From: Eledone cirrhosa
Lineage: Eukaryota
Length of the DNA stretch: 64,000 nucleotides
Reading direction: 5' to 3'
Assembly (NCBI GenBank): GCA_964016885.1
Contig: OZ024740.1
Location: 106,640,001 to 106,704,000 of the forward strand
Shown here piece after piece: positions 54,001 through 64,000 of the stretch (position 1 is its first letter; every line of letters begins with the position of its first letter). The notes beneath the pieces are model-generated. The model was not told the origin of the DNA, did not search any database, and saw nothing but the letters and a program-made list of their open reading frames with translations. Position numbers and translations under genes: made by a program.

Positions 54001-57000
54001 ATCACACCTCCATATATTACCTATATCACACCTCCATATATTACCTATATCACATCTCCATATATTACCTATATCACATCTCCATATATTACCTATATCA
54101 CATCTCCATATATGACCTATATCACACCTCCATATATTACCTATATCACATCTCCATATATTACCTATATCACATCTCCATATATTACCTATATCATACC
54201 TCCATATATTACCTATATCACATCTCCATATATTACCTATATCACCTCTCCATATATTACCTATATCACATCTCCATATATTACCTATATCACACCTCCA
54301 TATATTACCTATATCACACCTCCATATATTACCTATATCACATCTCCATATATTACCTATATCACATCTCCATATATTACCTATATCACACCTCCATATA
54401 TTACCTATATCACACCTCCATATATTACCTATATCACATCTCCATATATTACCTATATCACATCTCCATATATTACCTATATCACAACTCCATATATTAC
54501 CTATATCACATCTCCATATATTACCTATATCACACCTCCATATATTACCTATATCACACCTCCATATATTATCTATATCACACCTCCATATATTACCTAT
54601 ATCACATCTCCATATATATCATATATCACACCTCCATATATTATCTATATCACAACTCCATATATTACCTATATCACACCTCCATATATTACCTATATCA
54701 CACCTCCATATATTACCTATATCACATCTCCATATATTACCTATATCACATCTCCATATATTACCTATATCATACCTCCATATATTACCTATATCACATC
54801 TCCATATATTACCTATATCACAACTCCATATATTACCTATATCACATCTCCATATATTACCTATATCACACCTCCATATATTACCTATATCACACCTCCA
54901 TATATTACCTATATCACATCTCCATATATTACCTATATCACATCTCCATATATTACCTATATCACACCTCCATATATTACCTATATCACATCTCCATATA
55001 TTACCTATATCATACCTCCATATATTACCTATATCACACCTCCATATATTACCTATATCACATCTCCATATATTACCTATATCACACCTCCATATATTAC
55101 CTATATCACACCTCCATATATTACCTATATCATACCTCCATATATTTCCTATATCACACCTCCATATATTACCTATATCACATCTCCATACATTACCTAT
55201 ATCACATCTCCATATATTACCTATATCATGCCTCCATATATTACCTATATCACATCTCCATATATTACCTATATCACATCTCCATATATTACCTATATCA
55301 CATCTCCATATATTACCTATATCACACCTCCATATATTACCTATATCACACCTCCATATATTACCTATATCACATCTCCATATATTACCTATATCACATC
55401 TCCATATATTACCTATATCACACCTCCATATATTACCTATATCACACCTCCATATATTACCTATATCACATCTCCATATATATCATATATCACACCTCCA
55501 TATATTATCTATATCACAACTCCATATATTACCTATATCACACCTCCATATATTACCTATATCACATCTCCATATATTACCTATATCATGCCTCCATATA
55601 TTACCTATATCACATCTCCATATATTACCTATATCACATCTCCATATATTATCTATATCACACCTCCATATATTACCTATATCACATCTCCATATATTAC
55701 CTATATCACACCTCCATATATTACCTATATCATACCTCCATATATTACCTATATCACACCTCCATATATTACCTATATCACACCTCCATATGTTACCTAT
55801 ATCATACCTCCATATATTACCTATATCACACCTTCATATATTACCTATATCACACCTCCATATATTACCTATATCACATCTCCATATATTACCTATATCA
55901 CACCTCCATACATTACCTATATCACATCTCCATATATTACCTATATCACACCTCCATACATTACCTATATCACACCTCCATATATTACCTATATCTCACC
56001 TCCATATATTATGTATATCACACCTCCATATATTACCTATATCACATCTCCATATATTACCTATATCACACCTCCATATATTACCTATATCACACCTCCA
56101 TATATTATCTATATCACACCTCCATATATTATCTATATCACATCTCTATATATTACCTATATCACACCTCCATATATTACCTATATCACACCTCCATATA
56201 TTACCTATATCACACCTCCATATATTACCTATATCACATCTCCATATATTACCTATATCACACCTCCATATATTACCTATATCACACCTCCATATATTAT
56301 CTATATCACACCTCCATATATTACCTATATCACATCTCCATATATTACCTTATATCACACCTCCATATATTACCTATATCACACCTCCATATTTATCCTA
56401 TATCATACCTCCATGTATTACCTATATCACACCTCCATATCTTACCTATATCACATCTCCATATATTACCTATATCACACCTCCATATATTATCTATATC
56501 ACAACTCCATATATTACCTATATCATACCCTATATCATACCTCCATGTATTACCTATATCACACCTCCATATATTACCTATATCACATCTCCATATATTA
56601 CCTATATCACACCTCCATATATTACCTATATCACACCTCCATATATTACCTATATCACATCTCCATATATTACCTATATCACATCTCCATATATTACCTA
56701 TATCACATCTCCATATATGACCTATATCACACCTCCATATATTACCTATATCACATCTCCATATATTACCTATATCACATCTCCATATATTACCTATATC
56801 ATACCTCCATATATTACCTATATCACATCTCCATATATTACCTATATCACCTCTCCATATATTACCTATATCACATCTCCATATATTACCTATATCACAC
56901 CTCCATATATTACCTATATCACACCTCCATATATACCTATATCACATCTCCATATATTACCTATATCACATCTCCATATATTACATATATCACACCTCCA

Positions 57001-60000
57001 TATATTACCTATATCACACCTCCATATATTACCTATATCACATCTCCATATATTACCTATATCACATCTCCATATATTACCTATATCACAACTCCATATA
57101 TTACCTATATCACATCTCCATATATTACCTATATCACACCTCCATATATTACCTATATCACACCTCCATATATTATCTATATCACACCTCCATATATTAC
57201 CTATATCACATCTCCATATATATCATATATCACACCTCCATATATTATCTATATCACAACTACATATATTACCTATATCACACCTCCATATATTACCTAT
57301 ATCACACCTCCATATATTACCTATATCACATCTCCATATATTACCTATATCACATCTCCATATATTACCTATATCATACCTCCATATATTACCTATATCA
57401 CATCTCCATATATTACCTATATCACAACTCCATATATTACCTATATCACATCTCCATATATTACCTATATCACACCTCCATATATTACCTATATCACACC
57501 TCCATATATTACCTATATCACATCTCCATATATTACCTATATCACATCTCCATATATGACCTATATCACACCTCCATATATTACCTATATCACATCTCCT
57601 TATATTACCTATATCATACCTCCATATATTACCTATATCACACCTCCATATATTACCTATATCACATCTCCATATATTACCTATATCACACCTCCATATA
57701 TTACCTATATCACACCTCCATATATTACCTATATCATACCTCCATATATTTCCTATATCACACCTCCATATATTACCTATATCACATCTCCATACATTAC
57801 CTATATCACATCTCCATATATTACCTATATCATGCCTCCATATATTACCTATATCACATCTCCATATATTACCTATATCACATCTCCATATATTACCTAT
57901 ATCACATCTCCATATATTACCTATATCACACCTCCATATATTACCTATATCACACCTCCATATATTACCTATATCACATCTCCATATATTACCTATATCA
58001 CATCTCCATATATTACCTATATCACACCTCCATATATTACCTATATCACACCTCCATATATTACCTATATCACATCTCCATATATATCATATATCACACC
58101 TCCATATATTATCTATATCACAACTCCATATATTACCTATATCACACCTCCATATATTACCTATATCACATCTCCTTATATTACCTATATCATACCTCCA
58201 TATATTACCTATATCACACCTCCATATATTATCTATATCACATCTCCATATAATACCTATATCACACCTCCATATATTACCTATATCACACCTCCATATA
58301 TTACCTATATCATACCTCCATATATTTCCTATATCACACCTCCATATATTACCTATATCACATCGCCATATATTATCTATATCACACCTCCATATATTAC
58401 CTATATCACATCTCCATATATTACCTATATCACATCTCCATATATTACCTATATCACACCTCCATATATTACCTATATCACATCCCCATATATTACTTAT
58501 ATCACACCTCCATATATTACCTATATCACATCTCCATATATTACCTATATCACACCTCCATATATTACCTATATCATACCTCCATGTATTACCTATATCA
58601 CACCTCCATATATTACCAATATCACACCTCCATATATTACCTATATCATACCTCCATATATTACCTATATCACACCTCCATATATTACCTATATCACACC
58701 TCCATATATTACCTATATCACACCTCCATATATTACCTATATCATACCTCCATGTATTCCCTATATCACACCTCCATATATTACCTATATCACATCTCCA
58801 TATATTACCTATATCACACCTCCATATATTACATATATCACACCTCCATATATTATCTATGTCACACCTCCATATATTACCTATATCACATCTCCATATA
58901 TTACCTATATCACACCTCCATATATTACCTATATCACACCTCCATATATTATCTATATCACACCTCCATATATTACCTATATCACATCTCCATATATTAC
59001 CTATATCACACCTCCATATATTACCTATATCATACCTCCATATATTACCTATATCACACCTCCATGTATTACCTATATCACACCTCCATATATTACCTAT
59101 ATCATACCTCCATGTATTACCTATATCATACCTCCATATATTACCTATATCACATCTCCATATATTACCTATATCACACCTCCATATATTACCTATATCA
59201 CACCCCCATATATTATCTATATCACACCTCCATATATTACCTATATCACATCTCCATATATTACCTATATCACACCTCCATATATTACCTATATCACACC
59301 TTCATATATTACCTATATCACACCTCCATATATTACCTATATCACATCTCCATATATTACCTATATCACACCTCCATACATTACCTATATCACATCTCCA
59401 TATATTACCTATATCACACCTCCATATATTACCTATATCTCACCTCCATATATTATCTATATCACACCTCCATATATTACCTATATCACATCTCCATATA
59501 TTACCTATATCACACCTCCATATATTACCTATATCACACCTCCATATATTATCTATATCACACCTCCATATATTATCTATATCACATCTCTATATATTAC
59601 ATATATCACACCTCCATATATTACCTATATCACACCTCCATATATTACCTATATCACACCTCCATATATTACCTATATCACATCTCCATATATTACCTAT
59701 ATCACACCTCCATATATTACCTATATCACACCTCCATATATTATCTATATCACACCTCCATATATTACCTATATCACATCTCCATATATTACCTATATCT
59801 CACCTCCATATATTACCTATATCACACCTCCATATATTATCTATATCACACCTCCATATATTACCTATATCACATCTCCATATATTACTTATATCACACC
59901 TCCATATATTACCTATATCACACCTCCATATATATCCCATATCATACCTCCATGTATTACCTATATCACACCTCCATATCTTACCTATATCACATCTCCA

Positions 60001-62127
60001 TATATTACCTATATCACACCTCCATATATTATCTATATCACAACTCCATATATTACCTATATCACACCTCCATATATTATCTATATCACAACTCCATATA
60101 TTACCTATATCATACCTCCATGTATTACCTATATCACACCTCCATATATTACCTATATCACATCTCCATATATTACCTATATCACACCTCCATATATTAC
60201 CTATATCACACCTCCATATATTACCTATATCACATCTCCATATATTACCTATATCACATCTCCATATATTACCTATATCACATCTCCATATATGACCTAT
60301 ATCACACCTCCATATATTACCTATATCACATCTCCATATATTACCTATATCACATCTCCATATATTACCCATATCATACCTCCATATATTACCTATATCA
60401 CATCTCCATATATTACCTATATCACATCTCCATATATTACCTATATCACATCTCCATATATTACCTATATCACACCTCCATATATTACCTATATCACAAC
60501 TCCATATATTACCTATATCACATCTCCATATATTACCTATATCACATCTCCATATATTACCTATATCACACCTCCATATATTACCTATATCACACCTCCA
60601 TATATTACCTATATCACATCTCCATATATATCATATATCACACCTCCATATATTATCTATATCACAACTCCATATATTACCTATATCACACCTCCATATA
60701 TTACCTATATCACACCTCCATATATTACCTATATCACATCTCCATATATTACCTATATCACATCTCCATATATTACCTATATCATACCTCCATATATTAC
60801 CTATATCACATCTCCATATATTACCTATATCACAACTCCATATATTACCTATATCACATCTCCATATATTACCTATATCACACCTCCATATATTACCTAT
60901 ATCACACCTCCATATATTACCTATATCACATCTCCATATATTACCTATATCACATCTCCATATATGACCTATATCACACCTCCATATATTACCTATATCA
61001 CATCTCCATATATTACCTATATCACATCTCCATATATGACCTATATCACACCTCCATATATTACCTATATCACATCTCCTTATATTACCTATATCATACC
61101 TCCATATATTACCTATATCACACCTCCATATATTACCTATATCACATCTCCATATATTACCTATATCACACCTCCATATATTACCTATATCACACCTCCA
61201 TATATTACCTATATCATACCTCCATATATTTCCTATATCACACCTCCATATATTACCTATATCACATCTCCATATATTATCTATATCACACCTCCATATA
61301 TTACCTATATCACATCTCCATATATTACCTATATCACACCTCCATATATTACCTATATCACACCTCCATATATTACCTATATCACATCTCCATATATTAC
61401 TTATATCACACCTCCATATATTACCTATATCACATCTCCATATATTACCTATATCACACCTCCATATATTACCTATATCACACCTCCATATATTACCTAT
61501 ATCACACCTCCATATATTACCTATATCACATCTCCATATATTACTTATATCACACCTCCATATATTACCTATATCACATCTCCATATATTACCTATATCA
61601 CACCTCCATATATTACCTATATCACACCTCCATATATTACCTATATCACACCTCCATATATTACTTATATCACACCTCCATATATTACCTATATCACATC
61701 TCCATATATTACCTATATCACATCTCCATATATTACTTATATCACACCTACATATATTACCTATATCACATCTCCATATATTACTTATATCACACCTCCA
61801 TATATTATCTATATCACAACTCCATATATTACCTATATCACATCTCCATATATTACTTATATCACACCTCCATATATTATCTATATCACAACTCCATATA
61901 TTACCTATATCACACCTCCATATATTTCCTATATCATACCTCCATATATTATCTATATCACACCTCCATATATTACTTATATCACACCTCCATATATTAT
62001 CTATATCACAACTCCATATATTACCTATATCACACCTCCATATATTACCTATATCACACCTCCATATAGTATCTATATCACACCTCCATATATTACTTAT
62101 ATCACAACTCCATATATTAGTGGCTAG
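3..62127 (+). CDS. Hypothetical giant repeat-coding frame (YITYIT[P/S]P)n, open at the 5' edge and ending ...YITTPYISG-TAG; interrupted in this assembly by clustered 1-2 bp indels and one TAA
   Basis: The frame is open from 3 to ~16845, ~22925 to ~43000, 50521 to ~56350 and ~56935 to 62127. No recurrent variant unit creates a stop in this frame, unlike the other open frames. No start, splice or homology evidence. Openness is largely explained by a G-free, TAA-free unit. Confidence 0.2.
25951..39006. repeat. Higher-order tandem duplication, 2 x 6,528 bp (272 units)
   Basis: ORF-track landmarks recur at +6528 (29239/35767, 30036/36564, 30943/37471, 26362/32890, 32460/38988). Private variants are shared at 26486/33014 (ACG), 28409/34937 (TGT-AAA) and 28706/35234 (GCT). 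Boundaries are approximate. Confidence 0.9.
53150..58150. repeat. Higher-order tandem duplication, period ~2,592-2,604 bp (108 units, plus a 12-bp insertion in copy 2)
   Basis: Rare variants pair up: ATGTAT 53419/56011, ACCTCT 54244/56849, ATGCCT 55228/57832. Boundaries are approximate. Confidence 0.8.
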
Positions 62128-62295
62128 TTATAACCTGTTTATCCAGATATTGAAACTGGCCAGGAACTTTACTTTATACAGTAAAGAAATGACATTAAGG
62201 ATTGCGATTAACCACAATTTTATGATATTAAATCTGGAGAAATCATAAACATATGGATTCTGAAAACTGTCACTACAGCACCTAAGAATACACAA

Positions 62296-62565
62296 TTTCT
62301 TTTTTTTTTACCTGTAAAGTCTGTCTCGAGCCCAGAAGCTCCTGAGGCCGGTGCTTAACAAGGTTTCAGTGGCGTTAAGCGACTGAGAGTATATGACTCT
62401 CCGCTGGACAGGACACCAGTCCATCGCAAGGTTAAACCACCAGCTACTGCTGATATTCGTTTTCATTTGAGTATACTGGAGCTACGTGAAATGAAGTGTT
62501 TTGCTCAAGAACACAACATACAACCCAGTCCAGGAATCGAACCCACGACATTATGATCGTAAGTC
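62296..62565 (-). mobile_element. tRNA-derived SINE, 5'-truncated
   Basis: On the minus strand: Pol III B-box GGTTCGATTCC (62543-62533), then GTGTTCTTGAGCAAAACACTTCA, typical of sequence after SINE tRNA heads. A central AACCTTGCGATGGACTGGTGTCCTGTCCAG (62433-62404) resembles, from memory, a conserved metazoan SINE central domain. The A-rich tail is the T-run at 62296-62309 on +. No A-box seen. Confidence 0.75.
62533..62543 (-). promoter_or_regulatory. RNA polymerase III B-box within the SINE head
   Basis: + strand GGAATCGAACC is GGTTCGATTCC on minus, matching the GGTTCGANNCC consensus. Confidence 0.75.
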
Positions 62566-63055
62566 TATAATGTCGAGATAAGAAAGAGATTGAGGGGATG
62601 GCTTCCAATTGTTGGGCATACTAGATAATATGGATTATGAACAAGGCATGATTCCTACTCATCTGTTTCTATTGACCTCAGAACTCATGTTCAGCAGCAG
62701 AGAACGTTGTAAATGTGGAATATATTTTCCGAGTAATTGTTGATAGAAACATCATAAATTAAAATACCGATTTTAGGTTATGGGGAAACTGAAAAGAATG
62801 AATGTAACAGCAAAGAGAAATACTCTTGAAAGGTAAAAGAAAGATACAAGTATGAGTGCTGAAAGATTTGCAAATACGAAGACTAGGTGTATAATTCAAG
62901 TTATAGAAGATATATAAACAAAGTATACAGATCGACAGTTAGGGTTAACTGAAAGAATAAGAGATACATTGAGAGGGGAAAGATAAAAGAAGTGTGAAAG
63001 AAAAGAAAACAGAATAAAAGAAAGAAGCGAGTAAGTGAAGATGTGTATATATAAA

Positions 63056-63156
63056 GGCGTGGGTGTGTGAGTGGGTGGGTGTGTGGGTGGGCGTGGGTGT
63101 GGGTGTGGGGTGGGTGTGTGGGTGTGTGGGTGTAGGTGTGTGTGGGTGTGTGGGTG

Positions 63157-63187
<31 letters not shown>

Positions 63188-63207
63188 TGTGTGTGTGTGT
63201 GTGCGTG
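63056..63207. repeat. Compound (GGGT/GT)n low-complexity tract and (GT)n microsatellite
   Basis: GGGTGTGTGAGTGGGTGGGT... grading into pure (GT)n from ~63147 to 63203. Confidence 0.95.
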
Positions 63208-63262
63208 CATACACAGAGCACGTTCGCCTGAATTGAAATGTTGAGAGAAATAAAAAATACAT

Positions 63263-63344
63263 AAGAAAAAAAGAAAGAAAGAAAGAATGAAAGAAAGAAA
63301 GAAAGAAAGGAAGGAAGGAAGCAAGAAAGAAAAAAGAAAGAAAG
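63263..63344. repeat. (GAAA)n/(GGAA)n polypurine microsatellite
   Basis: AAGAAAGAAAGAAAGAATGAAAGAAAGAAAGAAAGAAAGGAAGGAAGGAAG... read directly. Confidence 0.95.
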
Positions 63345-63684
63345 CTATAATGGGTGGGCGTTTAAGAAACGAGTAAAAACCAAATATGTATTTAGAAGAA
63401 AAAATAAAGACAATTTATAAAAATATAGTGAAAAATCGACTTTGTCCTATGAATAAACATTTATTAGATGTGAGTAGATAGGAAAAGTACCCCTCCTCCC
63501 AGCCCTTTCTTTGGATCTTTCACTTTCTGCTTCATATCCAGCTTTTAAAATCAATCATTCTTTTGGAATTTCTACAGAAATCTCGATATTCTCTCACACA
63601 TACACGCAGAGACAAATAAACTTTCATACACTGAAACATGATGATGGCGGCCCCCTCGTTATCGAGTATGGCCATTGCACGAGA

Positions 63685-63715
<31 letters not shown>

Positions 63716-63735
63716 ATAAAATTAAAGAAAAAAAG

Positions 63736-63852
<117 letters not shown>

Positions 63853-63854
63853 TT

Positions 63855-63917
63855 AATAACAATAATAATAATAATAATAACAACAATAATAATAACGACA
63901 ACAACAACAATTATAAT
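63855..63917. repeat. (AAT/AAC)n trinucleotide microsatellite
   Basis: AATAACAATAATAATAATAATAATAACAACAATAATAATAACGACAACAACAACAATTATAAT read directly. Confidence 0.92.
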
Positions 63918-63983
63918 ATACATATACATATATATATACACACACACGCACGCACATAAACATGTCTATACACACACACACAC
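63918..63983. repeat. Mixed (TA)/(CA)/(CACG) dinucleotide low-complexity tract
   Basis: ACATATACATATATATATACACACACACGCACGCAC...TACACACACACACAC read directly. Confidence 0.85.
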
Positions 63984-64000
63984 GATAGCAACTAACAGCG

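Larger units (their letters stand above)
1..62119. repeat. Giant 24-bp tandem repeat array (satellite/minisatellite), consensus TATATTACCTATATCACAYCTCCA, ~2,590 units, truncated by the window's left edge
   Basis: Directly visible 24-bp periodicity from base 1 to ...ATCACAACTCCATATATTA at ~62119, then an abrupt switch to unique sequence (GTGGCTAG...). Most units differ from consensus by 0-2 substitutions. Copy number is length divided by 24. Confidence 0.99.

Noticed and set aside
3087-60372. Minus-strand (WRCDIGNI)n ORFs
   Set aside because: Antisense reading of the unit, fragmented by recurrent CTA/TCA/TTA variants. No independent coding evidence.
3008-62069. ORFs reading (YYLYHTSI)n and (ILPISHLH)n on the + strand
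   Set aside because: Alternative frames of the same 24-mer. They are open only because the unit lacks G and TAA, and recurrent variant units repeatedly stop them.
1-62119. CRISPR array
   Set aside because: The 24-bp repeats are head-to-tail with no unique spacers, there are no cas genes, and the context is eukaryotic.
1-62119. Thousands of TATA-box promoters
   Set aside because: TATAT/CTATAT motifs are simply part of the AT-rich unit, with no supporting promoter context.
1-62119. Canonical telomerase-made telomere
   Set aside because: There is no TTAGGG/TTAGG-type unit, and the multi-kb ordered copies of variant patterns cannot come from a short RNA template.
62510-62565. Functional tRNA gene
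   Set aside because: Only the B-box/T-arm part is present. There is no A-box or full cloverleaf, and it continues into a SINE body and tail.

Overview
Eukaryotic (animal-like) genomic DNA. Positions 1 to ~62119 are one uninterrupted tandem array of a 24-bp unit, consensus TATATTACCTATATCACA(C/T)CTCCA. It holds ~2,590 copies, has almost no G on the + strand, and runs off the left edge of the window. Variant units form nested higher-order duplications with offsets of about 2.6, 5.6, 6.5, 9.6, 10.2, 17.2 and 23.7 kb. Nearly all ORFs in the track are readings of this unit. Four of six frames are stop-free in the consensus, but recurrent variant units put stops in three of them. Only the YITYIT(P/S)P frame stays free of recurrent stops, and it ends at a TAG 8 bp past the array edge. 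This leaves open, but does not prove, a giant Tyr/Ile/Thr/Pro repeat-coding exon. Frameshifts cluster in three noisy zones that look like consensus errors. The last ~1.9 kb is ordinary intergenic or intronic DNA: a 5'-truncated tRNA-derived SINE on the minus strand and GT, GAAA, TA and AAT/AAC microsatellites. No recognisable conventional gene, rRNA, tRNA or CRISPR array.
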